Below are positions 10,827 through 20,446 of a stretch of 26,196 nt of DNA, one piece after another. Every line of letters begins with the position of its first letter. Position 1 is the stretch's first letter. The stretch lies in the NCBI GenBank assembly GCA_001600815.1, contig BCKZ01000030.1:155918-182113 (forward strand), read 5' to 3'. The position numbers and the translations under genes were made by a program. This DNA is from Alloascoidea hylecoeti. Its lineage: Eukaryota. The notes under the pieces were generated by a model. The model ran no database searches. It had not been told where the DNA came from and saw only the letters and a program-made list of their open reading frames with translations.

Positions 10827-12506
10827 TTATGATCGTTTAAATTCAAAATCAAAATCACTTGTTGAAGTCCTCATTCTAATTCCTTTATCACCATTAACAA
10901 CATTAGCAGGATAAGTTAATTCAGAAACATTTGACATTGAATAAACATTTAAATTATCATGTCTAATACCATTTGAATCAACATACTTTGATAAATTAGA
11001 TTTTGATTTTGGAGTATTTGGTATTGATGATCTTGTTGGAGACATTGATTTTCTAATATTATTCATTTTTGGTGATAATAAAGTTGGAGATGTAATTGTA
11101 TGTTGAGATTGTTGAGATTGTAAAGAAATTCTAGAATTATCTGTTGATAAATGAACTTGAGACATTGGTCTAATATTTGAATTTGCAATTGAATGAGAGG
11201 TCAAATTTGAAGACATTGTTGAACTTCTAATTGAATTTCTAATAGATTGTAATGAAGAATTTCTAACAGAATCTCTTGGATTTGGTATATAATTATCAGA
11301 TGAAGAATCTAAACTTGGCCTAACATTACTTAATCTATTATCAGGATTTCTAATAGTTAATACCTGTTGTCTTGTAAAATCACCAACATCAGCAATTGAA
11401 CCAACACTTAATCTATGATCTTTTGAATTTGAAGAATGTATTGCCATTGGATTGATTCTTTGATCAACAGTTGAAGTTGAATAATCATCGGGATATAAAT
11501 CTAAAGCAGGTTTTGAAATTGAATTATTTTTTGTACCATTATGGCTATAAAACGAACCATTTTTACCTAAAGTCGAGTCATCATCGATATTTTTTCTTCG
11601 TTTATATAATAAGAAAAATATCAAAGAAATTAAAGCGATTCCTGGAACACAACATCCAACAGCTATACCGGCTATTGCGCCTTTTGATAAGTTTCCAGAT
11701 GATGAGGAAGAAGAAGAAGCAGTTGCGGTTGAAGTTGCGGTTTCAGTTACTTGAACAGCGTTTGTAACAGTTATTGTTGCGCCTTTTGCGTTTGTAGTTA
11801 GTTGGGTTGTTGTGACGGCCAAAGCAGCATTTGCATTGTCAGTTGTCGTTGAAGAAAAAAAAGTAGTGGATGGTTGCATGGATGTGGTCGAGGGGGTGGA
11901 TTGGTCTTCGGTTGTTGCGCCAAAATCCGCGATGTCGTCAGAGTCCGACGAGGTGGAGTGTACTGAAGGTGTGGAGGTCGTGGAAGTCGTGGAGGGTTTG
12001 GAAGGCTTGGGGGACGCGGAATCGGACGAGGAAGAAGACGACGATGCGTCGGACGAGTCCTGCTCGAGGGACCCCGAGCCAGTTTTGTAGACGCTCAGCG
12101 CCGAGGCACCGCCGCACGTGTCTTCAGGGTATCCGGCACAGGACGAGCTGCAGTCCGACTCGTCTGTCTGGGCGCCGTCGCTGGGGAGGGTGTTGCCGCA
12201 ATAGCAGTACTTCCCGTTGTACAAGGCGGACAGAGCGTACCCGTCCGCCGCACACAGGTTGTAGCAGTAGCCCGTGGACTGGTAGGTGTAGGCGCCCTGG
12301 GCGGTGAACAGCGAGGCAGCGGACGACGAGTAGCAGTGGACGTAGGTCTCGCCGGCGACAGAGGGCAGCAGCGAGAGGAGGAGCCACGCCCATCGCAGCG
12401 TGCCGTGCGGGTGGAGGAGGGCCCGGCGTGGCCGAGGGAGCGACTGTGGGTGCTGTGGGTGGGACATTAACGAAAGTGAGGGTTGTAGAGAGCGAGCAGC
12501 TGGCAT
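10827..12506 (-). CDS. WSC-family cell-wall integrity sensor (Wsc1/2/3-like), 559 aa; start may be a downstream Met
   Basis: Hydrophobic signal-like segment WAWLLLSLLPSVAG, 8-Cys WSC domain (HCYSS...YQSTGYCYNLC...YCYCGN...CSSSCAGYPEDTCGG), Ser/Thr stalk, TM GAIAGIAVG...LLY followed by KRRK, cytoplasmic DQRINP and LTIRNPD motifs. Confidence 0.92.
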   Translation of the reverse strand: MPAARSLQPSLSLMSHPQHPQSLPRPRRALLHPHGTLRWAWLLLSLLPSVAGETYVHCYSSSAASLFTAQGAYTYQSTGYCYNLCAADGYALSALYNGKYCYCGNTLPSDGAQTDESDCSSSCAGYPEDTCGGASALSVYKTGSGSLEQDSSDASSSSSSSDSASPKPSKPSTTSTTSTPSVHSTSSDSDDIADFGATTEDQSTPSTTSMQPSTTFFSSTTTDNANAALAVTTTQLTTNAKGATITVTNAVQVTETATSTATASSSSSSSGNLSKGAIAGIAVGCCVPGIALISLIFFLLYKRRKNIDDDSTLGKNGSFYSHNGTKNNSISKPALDLYPDDYSTSTVDQRINPMAIHSSNSKDHRLSVGSIADVGDFTRQQVLTIRNPDNRLSNVRPSLDSSSDNYIPNPRDSVRNSSLQSIRNSIRSSTMSSNLTSHSIANSNIRPMSQVHLSTDNSRISLQSQQSQHTITSPTLLSPKMNNIRKSMSPTRSSIPNTPKSKSNLSKYVDSNGIRHDNLNVYSMSNVSELTYPANVVNGDKGIRMRTSTSDFDFEFKRS

Positions 12507-12538
12507 CTCTGGAAAGCGCGATAATCACAATGACCCAC

Positions 12539-12568
12539 GGCACGTGGCGGCACGTGGCGGCACGTGGC
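12539..12568. promoter_or_regulatory. Three tandem CACGTG E-boxes at a 10-bp period, with an MCB-like ACGCGT at 12588-12593
   Basis: cacgtggcgg cacgtggcgg cacgtggccg directly upstream of the WSC start. CACGTG is the bHLH (Pho4/Cbf1/Tye7) core. Confidence 0.55.
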
Positions 12569-12692
12569 CGGCGCAGATGCACGGACGACGCGTGGAACAC
12601 CAGAACATTCTGATTGCCTGCGCCCCATTGGCTGTCTTATATCCGCCTTGCTTGTTTACTACACCTCCAACTTGGTTTTGAACATAGTTTTT

Positions 12693-15449
12693 TTAAATTG
12701 AAGTATTTGTCAGTTTATTTATATAGCTCATTGGATGGCCCTTTTTAATTTTTACACGATCCCCTGAAACTTGAGATGTAGATGTAGAATGTAAAGTATA
12801 ATGCTCTACCAAAGCATTAATTGTATCACCATATTTTTCTGAATCAAATTTTGAGACAGTTCTCACAATACTTTGATACATCATTCTTTTTGAATTATCA
12901 ACATATTCATCTCTAATACGTCTTATGACATCCTCATTAATTGCCATGTTATCTTGAGCTGCCAACATTGATTCATCATTTGAAACATCATCATCATCAG
13001 TCCAACTACCATCAAAAAAATCATCTTTATAATAAGCTTGTTCAATTTCAAAAATTTGTGATGGAATTTCAATTATTTTAACTCTTTTTGGTGATATAAT
13101 TTCTTTATTGTTATCAATCTCATCAGATTTTCTTTTCTTAATAATTGAATCTTTCATTTCAATTTCAATTCCAATCCCAATTCCAATCCCACTACTTTTT
13201 AAATTTTTATCAAATTCATCATCATCATCATCTAAAGATTTAGATTTCAAAGGATTTTCATAATCTATTGAAAAATTCATTAATTTAGTTGAGATATTTA
13301 TATTATTATTTATAGGGATTTTTTTTATAGGGATTTTTTTTATAGGTTGTAAATTGAATAAAATTACAGAATCATCTAAATCTTCCAAAGTTACTTTTCT
13401 TTTACCAATTTTTGGAATTGATATCAATGATAATGATTCAAGTGCTGAAGCATTATTTGTGACATTGACTTGTTGAACTTTTGGTTTAATAGGAAGAGAT
13501 GAAATTGAAGAAACTGATGTTTCTTGAAAAGTAGGTTCAACATCGATATCCATTAAGTTAGGTCTTTTATAATCATAATCAGATTCATTTAATTCTCCTT
13601 TTATATTTTCCAATTGATTTCTAAACAAATTAGATTCATCTTCATATTCTAATTTTAATTTTAAATTTTCAAAATTTCCATTTTCAAAATTTCTATTTCT
13701 ATTTAAATTTAAATTTGATTCAAATTTTGGTTTTTTATATTTTCTCCTTTCACTAACAATATTAATTAATTCTTCACCTTCTGCCCATCTATCAATTAAA
13801 TAATAATAAGGTTGTATAGTTGGTAAAAATTTTAAACAATTTTTTGGAGGAATTAGAAATTCTAATTTAAATTTTGAATGAATTTTATTATTATTTTTAA
13901 TTTTTTTAATTTTTTTAATTAATTCATTTGAAATTTTTTTAATTTCTTTATTAAGAGCATGTTTTCTTAATGCAAATAATATATCCATTTCAATTATAAT
14001 TTTAGAAGGATTAATTTTATTTAAAATTTTTAAAAATGGTAATGTATCATCATATTTACAAAAAAAACAATCAATTTCAATAAATGATCTAATTCTTATT
14101 AAAAAATCTTTTGATGGTATAAAAATTTCAAAAATATTTTCTTTATCAATATCAATTGTATTATTATTAGAATCTTCTGTAAAATCTGTAAATGAATAAG
14201 ATTGTGAATTATTTTCATAATCTGCATCTAATATTTGATTTGCTGCAATATATCTTTTATCACCACCTAATTTAGAATATAAAAAAATTTGACTATTACA
14301 AGACATTATTATATTTTCAATTGATTCCAAATGAACTTTATTGATAAGATTTTCATTTTTAATAACATGTTTGACATTTAAAGCTGAAAAAGTAATATGT
14401 GGTTGACCATATTTGAATAAAACAGGTGTTGTTTTTCTATTAATTGTATAGGTAGGCGTTAATTGAGTATAACTAACAATATTTTTTTGAAAAAATGGAG
14501 CATATAAAACATCATTCAAAATAACATCATATTCTTGATTACCTGAGATATTAAAAAAAGTAAGTTTAATAGTTCCAGAACCTGTTACGAAAACACCATT
14601 AGATTCATCAAATCTTGGTTCAAGGTATGGAGTAAACTCTTCAAAGCATGCAAAATCACCAGTAATTGTAGTTGGAATTTTATAATCAATAATCCAACAA
14701 GAAAAACCTTCATGACAATTTTTTGTTTCATGATCTTTCATATTACAATATTTGCATATAGCATTTAAAGTTATTTTAGTTGGAATACGTAATTGAGATT
14801 TTTGTTTAAAACCTGCAGGTTTTATTTCTTTTATTCTAGAAAGTGCTTCATACTTCAATAAAGATTTATAAAACACAGAAACTGGACAAAAAGGAGGTAG
14901 ATTTGTAAGTGCTGAATAAAAGGGACAACTTGGAGATATAAGAGCCCTGGCTAAAACCGTAAAAGCGCTATCACTTGCATTTTTAGAATAAAAAAATAAA
15001 TCTTCAACTTTCAGCTCAAGATGAATTTTTGCTAAATAATCACAAATAGAAGTATTATCACCACCNACAAATTTAGGAAAACTGTATAACTTTGGATGAA
15101 TTGTATTTGACAATCTTCTTGGATAAAAATGCTGTACTATAGCTGCATAGCTGGCAGCTGCAGTAGGTCTTAACAAGTGATAAACAGAATAATCAAGAGT
15201 AGATTTAATAACAGCCAGGCCAAAATCATCACCTANCTGTCTTACCTTTACATCTTCTGGAGTCTNAGTTTTAGGATCGGAAGTTCCGCTGAGAACACTG
15301 GGTAAACCGTAGCTGAATAATAGTCTTTCGACGAAAAACTCCCATTCTGCAAAGCGATATTTGTTTGTGTACCTATCTAGAATCACCAGAGGAGGGAGAG
15401 TGAAGAGGACGTTTTCGCACTTTGAAAGAGGCAGACCGTAGCAGCTCAT
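12693..15449 (-). CDS. Ty1/copia Gag-protease-derived protein, copy 1 (918 aa from ATG 15449); candidate domesticated gene
   Basis: Gag N-terminus F.EW...LL..YGL..VLSGT; UBN2-like GGDNTSICDYLAKI; CCHC knuckle CKYCNMKDHETKNC; protease-region motifs WIIDYK..TITGD, VTGSGTIKL, LNDVLYAPFFQKNIVS. No RT/RNase H motifs seen. ATG 15449 mirrors ATG 20447 of copy 2. Confidence 0.75.
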   Translation of the reverse strand: MSCYGLPLSKCENVLFTLPPLVILDRYTNKYRFAEWEFFVERLLFSYGLPSVLSGTSDPKTXTPEDVKVRQXGDDFGLAVIKSTLDYSVYHLLRPTAAASYAAIVQHFYPRRLSNTIHPKLYSFPKFXGGDNTSICDYLAKIHLELKVEDLFFYSKNASDSAFTVLARALISPSCPFYSALTNLPPFCPVSVFYKSLLKYEALSRIKEIKPAGFKQKSQLRIPTKITLNAICKYCNMKDHETKNCHEGFSCWIIDYKIPTTITGDFACFEEFTPYLEPRFDESNGVFVTGSGTIKLTFFNISGNQEYDVILNDVLYAPFFQKNIVSYTQLTPTYTINRKTTPVLFKYGQPHITFSALNVKHVIKNENLINKVHLESIENIIMSCNSQIFLYSKLGGDKRYIAANQILDADYENNSQSYSFTDFTEDSNNNTIDIDKENIFEIFIPSKDFLIRIRSFIEIDCFFCKYDDTLPFLKILNKINPSKIIIEMDILFALRKHALNKEIKKISNELIKKIKKIKNNNKIHSKFKLEFLIPPKNCLKFLPTIQPYYYLIDRWAEGEELINIVSERRKYKKPKFESNLNLNRNRNFENGNFENLKLKLEYEDESNLFRNQLENIKGELNESDYDYKRPNLMDIDVEPTFQETSVSSISSLPIKPKVQQVNVTNNASALESLSLISIPKIGKRKVTLEDLDDSVILFNLQPIKKIPIKKIPINNNINISTKLMNFSIDYENPLKSKSLDDDDDEFDKNLKSSGIGIGIGIEIEMKDSIIKKRKSDEIDNNKEIISPKRVKIIEIPSQIFEIEQAYYKDDFFDGSWTDDDDVSNDESMLAAQDNMAINEDVIRRIRDEYVDNSKRMMYQSIVRTVSKFDSEKYGDTINALVEHYTLHSTSTSQVSGDRVKIKKGHPMSYINKLTNTSI
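13947..15435 (-). repeat. Left arm of 1,489-bp inverted repeat (pairs with 20461-21949)
   Basis: Coordinates mirror with a constant sum of 35896, so there is no net indel. The translations differ at one residue (I/V). Two substitutions were found by eye (14274/21622, 13994/21902), plus three shared N positions. Confidence 0.95.
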
Positions 15450-15598
15450 GATATGATATACCACGAGGAGAGAAGGAGAAAGAAGAAAGGAGAAAGGGGG
15501 GAGCAGAGGGCTTGACGGTTACCGTACAATTGGGAACAAGCGTAGATACGGGCACTGGATGGCATATGCTATCTCCACACCCTCTGATACACTCTGAC

Positions 15599-15730
15599 CA
15601 CTCCACACGGACACTCCACACGGACACTCCACACCTCTGTCTCCCTGGCAGCTCTGCTTCCCCTCTCCGGCCCCTCTCCGGCCCCTCTCCGGCCCCTCTC
15701 CAGCCCCCAATTCGACGTCGGGTCACGTGA
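15599..15730. promoter_or_regulatory. GC-rich upstream region of copy 1: 13-bp repeat (cactccacacgga, ~2.8 copies), 11-bp repeat (cccctctccgg x4, each with STRE core CCCCT) and GTCACGTGA (Cbf1-type)
   Basis: Repeats at 15599-15634 and 15660-15703; GTCACGTGA at 15722-15730. Regulatory function is inferred from known yeast motifs. Confidence 0.55.
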
Positions 15731-15880
15731 GCAGCTGTTTGGCGACCCACAACATGCGGAGTGTGATTGTATATTACATTTTATTCGTGTTCCCATATAT
15801 CATATCCATTACACTTGCATTGCATATATAACTATTCCAATACTTGATACTCACTTATAATATAAATAACATAAAATGAT

Positions 15881-16747
15881 CTAATATTCTAAGGGATTTG
15901 CAGAAGGATCCCAAACAGTAACTTCATGAGCTTCTGGATCACCAAGAGTATCAATTTCAAATTTAGTCAATTGAAAATCAAAAACATCCAAATTTTCAGC
16001 TAATCTACTAACAGTAGCTGTTTTTGGTAAAGTAATAAATCCTTTTTCAAGACTCCATCTAATTAAAATTTGCGCAGGTGATTTATTATATTTTTTTGAA
16101 ATTTCAACAAGCTTTGGATCATTAAATTTTTTACCTCTTGTTAATGGTGAATAAGCCTCTAATAAAATATTTTTTTCTTTAGAATATTTAACAAGATCAT
16201 TTCTTTGAATCCATGGTGTTAATTCCATTTGATTAATTGTTGGTTTTATTTTTAATCCATCCCATTTTAATAATTCTTCTAAATGATGAATACCATAATT
16301 TGAAACTCCAATTGATTTAACTTTCCCAGCTTCAACTGATTCTTGTAATGCTTTATAAGCACCTAAACGTTGAGCTTTATCACCCCATGGAGCATGAATT
16401 AAAAATAAATCAATATATTCAATACCTTTTGCTAATTCAATTGATTCTGCAATTTTTACTTTTGCCTTTTCATATTCTAATGAAGTAACAATTAATTTTG
16501 TTGTATAAAAAATATCAGAACGCTTATTATTAGTTGGATCTTCAGAAATCCATTTTAAAATTCCTGCAACTGATTCTTTTTCATTTTCATAATATTGGGC
16601 TGTATCAATATGACGATATCCTGCTTTTAGAGCCTCATAAACAATTGTAGTTGTTTCTTCTGGGTTGGTTTCATAAACACCAAATCCAACAGCTGGAATT
16701 GAGAATCCGGATGATTGAGTTTTAGTAGAAGTTTTGGTAAATGACAT
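15881..16747 (-). CDS. Aldo-keto reductase (YJR096W-like), 288 aa from ATG 16747
   Basis: IPAVGFGVY, GYRHIDTAQYYENE, DIFYTTKL, YIDLFLIHAP, GKVKSIGVSNY, AYSPLTRG, SPAQILIRWSLEKG..TLPKT, RLAENLDVFDF. The ORF-track extension begins at a non-ATG codon. Confidence 0.93.
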   Translation of the reverse strand: MSFTKTSTKTQSSGFSIPAVGFGVYETNPEETTTIVYEALKAGYRHIDTAQYYENEKESVAGILKWISEDPTNNKRSDIFYTTKLIVTSLEYEKAKVKIAESIELAKGIEYIDLFLIHAPWGDKAQRLGAYKALQESVEAGKVKSIGVSNYGIHHLEELLKWDGLKIKPTINQMELTPWIQRNDLVKYSKEKNILLEAYSPLTRGKKFNDPKLVEISKKYNKSPAQILIRWSLEKGFITLPKTATVSRLAENLDVFDFQLTKFEIDTLGDPEAHEVTVWDPSANPLEY

Positions 16748-16991
16748 TTTTAAATATATAATTATGAAAGGAACAAAACTAGAGAATTGAGGCACTATTT
16801 ATATTACTTTCAATTGTATCATATCATCATAGCACATGGAAAATGATGGAATGGCAACTTTATTACTAATTATTATTACTAATAAACAAACGCACAATTA
16901 TTAATTAAATTTCTATTTCGTTTAAATCAACAACAACGTTTGTTTAATTAAATCAAACGTTTTTTTTTTTAATCCACAAAAGTTTTAAATT

Positions 16992-17988
16992 TTAATCTTT
17001 CTTACTTCCACTCGATTCTCCAGTTTCTTCAGCTATATTTTCTAAATTAGAATCTTTTATCTTTTCCTTATTAGCTTTTTCTTTTTCTACACGAATTTTT
17101 TCATCTTCTAAAGATAATCTTAAAGCTAAAGCCAATTCTGGATCAGCCCCAGGTCCAAAATCAAATAAATCATCATTATCATTTAAATCTGCATTACCAA
17201 ATCCAGCATCATCTGAAATTATTGGTGATTTTGAGACTTCTTCATATAATAAATAAGGTCCAGGTGGAATAGTAATTAAATGACTATTCTCTCTATTTAC
17301 TGTATTAATAAAACTTGATAATTTTTCTTCATTAATTGATTCTTCACCAAAATTAATAATATCAATTGCAATATTATTTTTCTTCATTCTTTTTGCTAAT
17401 TTTTCAAGTTCTTTTTGTGATTCTTTAATTGGACTTCCAACAAATGCAATTATTCTTTGTGATTGTGCTTTATTTTGACGATGTTTTAATGCAAGCTTAT
17501 TTGAAAAGAAAATGTTAGTAACTAGTAACTAGTAATATAATAGTAATAGTAGGATAAAAATTAAAAAAAAAAAGAATTACATACACCAGCAACTTGAATA
17601 CCAGTTGCAAAATGAGTTGATCCATGAACAGAAGTTTCATGAATACCAGATAAGATTTTCCCATAATCTGTTGTTAAAGTAGATAAGACTTCTGGTCTAA
17701 ATTCAATTTTTAAATATTAATATTAATAATAATTTTAGATATAATTGTTGAATATAACGTACCCAGATCCACCCATTGCCAGCAAACCAACAGTACTTTC
17801 AGGATTTGCCTGAGTTTTCGTTCTGAAAATTAGCTCTACAGCATCCAACTGAGCTTCAAACCTAGTTGTTGTATAATCACCATTTCTCATATACTCCGAA
17901 TTATCAATACTAAAGCATGTTAACTACTGTTAAAATAAAAAAGGTATAATTGATAGACTCACACTATAATAGTAGCCTCTAACCCCAT
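16992..17988 (-). CDS. RPN10: 26S proteasome regulatory subunit Rpn10; exons 17988-17963, 17909-17763, 17696-17585, 17495-16992; 262 aa
   Basis: Spliced product [29 protein letters not shown]...NPESTVGLL...[28 protein letters not shown]...[15 protein letters not shown] (vWA plus UIM). Donors GTGAGT/GTACGT/GTATGT, acceptors TAG/TAG/AAG; frame is preserved (789 nt). Confidence 0.93.
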
Positions 17989-18041
17989 TTTTGTGTATTT
18001 TTCGATATTTTTGATAAAAAAGAGGTGAAGATTAAGGTGAA

Positions 18042-18050
18042 AGTGGCAAA
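18042..18050 (+). promoter_or_regulatory. PACE-like (Rpn4) site AGTGGCAAA; weaker TGTGGCAAC at 18078-18086
   Basis: One mismatch from GGTGGCAAA, about 54 bp upstream of a proteasome subunit ATG. Confidence 0.65.
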
Positions 18051-18159
18051 GTGGAGGATGGGTGTATTCTGTGTTGTTGTGGCAACGAAACAGTACTAAC
18101 ATTTCAAAAAAGAAATTGTTAACTGTTTAGTCCTTTAATACAAATACAAATACAAATAT

Positions 18160-19345
18160 ATGCTGCCATCACTCAACGTGAATACTTATTCCAGTGCAGA
18201 AAAAGCTGCTCTCATATCACGATTTGAAATTCACAGTATGTCAATTTTCTTCATTGTCTATCACCAATAATATATCCCCTAACATTTTTCATTTAATAGT
18301 GGATGAGAGAATTCATCGTTTGACTAATGAATATTCTGCTTTATCCCGGATTTTAAGAGACAAAATCGAAACAAGAATAAATCGTGTTCCAAAAGCATTA
18401 TGGAAAGTAAAACTTCGCGAAGTTATAGAATTAAACCAAAAAGATGAAAAATTATCTGTGGTCAATTTAATTAAAGATATAAATGCTATAAAAGCAGGTG
18501 ATATTAAACCTTCTTTAAATTCAGTTGCGAAATCATTTTCAGCTATTGAACCTCCTGTTACTTCAAGAGCACGAAGTCCACTTAGGAGTCCACTTAGAAG
18601 TCCAAATAGAAGTCCAAATAGAAGTCCAAATAGAATTCCCATTAAAACTGCAGCAAGAACTAACACTGAACCAATTGTTCCTTCTGCTCCTTCAGGTAGA
18701 AGATCTCCATTTAAACAGCAATTATCTACTATTCCTTCCGGTAGAAGATCACCTTTTAAAGAACCAATGATTCCTTCGGGTAGGAGATCTCCAGTTAAAG
18801 ACCCAAACTCAAATTTGTCCTCTGCAATTTTATCTGCTACTGCTAGAGCCGCTGGGTTGAAAAAAGGTAAATTTCCAAGAAATAACAATATATCGTCAAA
18901 TGCTTCAGTTTCTGAATTCTCCACTACTTCCTCAAACGGTAATAAACAGATCAAAAATTCTAGATCAAGAGCTGTTTCTGTTTCTAGTACCTCATCATCA
19001 TCATCATCATCATCTTCTTCTTCTTCTTCTTCTTCATCACAACAAGTAAAACCAAAGCCAAAAAGAAATCCTTCAATTGTATCTGTTTCATCAAGTATTA
19101 GTGCAAAAAGTACAGTAAGTACAAATTCAAGATCAAAAACAACAAAAGCTCCAATAACTCGACAAAGATCTTTGAAAAGAACTGCTTCAACCCGTTCAAA
19201 TGCTTCAACTCGATCAACTACCTCAACCCGTTCTACTGCCTCAACTCGCTCAAATACTTCACATTCAGTTCCAACAGGCGCCAGTACCAGTAAAAATAAA
19301 ATTGTTAAACCAAGAACCAGAGGAGCTACTAAAAAAAAAGCATAA
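18160..19345 (+). CDS. Borealin/Nbl1-like chromosomal passenger complex subunit; exons 18160-18235 and 18300-19345; 373 aa
   Basis: Intron 18236-18299 (GTATGT...CCCTAAC...TAG) yields EKAALISRFEIHMDERIHRLTNEYSALSRILRDKIETRINRVPKALWKVKLREVI, which resembles the fungal Nbl1/Borealin N-terminal domain, followed by a basic Ser/Arg/Pro-rich tail. Confidence 0.7.
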
Positions 19346-20446
19346 TAATTATTGGTATAATTAGCTACTTACGAGGTTTTTGAAATTAAATATACGTTTG
19401 CATACAGTTTGACTTTTTTGTCTTTCTTATTAATACATTATTCACATTTCATTTTCATTATTATTATCACAAATCTTGAAATTATATACCGTATAAATTG
19501 ATACATTAATATCAACATAAGTAATAATTTTGTAATTGAAATATAATTAATGATCTATAAGATAAGCTAAGGAAATTGGATTCAGATCTGGTGGAAAAAG
19601 GCGGCCAATCCAATACCCTTATCTCCTTCTCATAAAATCAATTCATCGTGATTCTAGTATTGTATCAATTTAATTAAAGGCCTTTTATAAAAGTTTTGTA
19701 GGAACCACCTTTAAATTTGCTTTTATTAGGAACCGCAACTACCCGATACACTGAATTATGACTTCCTTTCCAAACTCCAGTCTATACCATAAAACTCACA
19801 GACTCAGACTTCCCTATACTATAAATAATTCTTGATATAACGGCTTGGTATGACGGTTGTCTAGCGTATACTTTTCCAGACTCTGGATCCTGTATTAATA
19901 ACTAAATACAACACCATCTCAATTTTAATGAGAGCATATATATCATATATATCAAAGTATACTCTAATCATTTGATTCTTCTCATTCATGTGAGACCATT
20001 TAGATGCCGAAACTTTTTCAGGAATGGTGTATGATATCATGATGTTGAACTTTGATGCCTACTTCTCAAACGTATTCAACACTTTTACAATTCTCAAGAT
20101 TTGATGTAATAATATTCAGTAAGTTCTATAGGTATTCTTGCTCGAGAAAAGGGTTGTTGCTATATTTATTAACGGTTAACTCCACAGTTGAAGGTGCAGT
20201 ACTTAACCTTCTGCTTACTTCAGTAATTGAGAAGCTATTTTTTTACTCATATTCCAAATTTTAATTCACTTTTCTAGTTTTAATTGGTTTTTTAATAGGA
20301 TTCTAGATTTATATTTAAAATAAAGAGAATTTTTTGGAATGTATAGAAGAAGATTATAGTGCTCGTATCTACGCTTGTTCTCAGTTATACGGTCACTAAA
20401 ATTGTATTTTCTTCCCCTGGTTCCTTTTTCCCTCTCATGATATATC

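Noticed and set aside
11812..12681. Several overlapping ORFs of 61-158 aa
   Set aside because: Shadow ORFs caused by stop-codon scarcity in the GC island overlapping the WSC gene.
15373..15796. Short ORFs with GAGEGPERGRR repeats
   Set aside because: Translations of the 11- and 13-bp GC-rich repeats; no coding evidence.
18058..18130. Extra upstream coding exon for the borealin-like gene (TACTAAC at 18094, TAG at 18128)
   Set aside because: No good donor, and the in-frame join hits TAA. A 5' UTR intron cannot be excluded.
18313..18954. 213-aa antisense ORF
   Set aside because: Mirror of the repetitive borealin-like coding strand.
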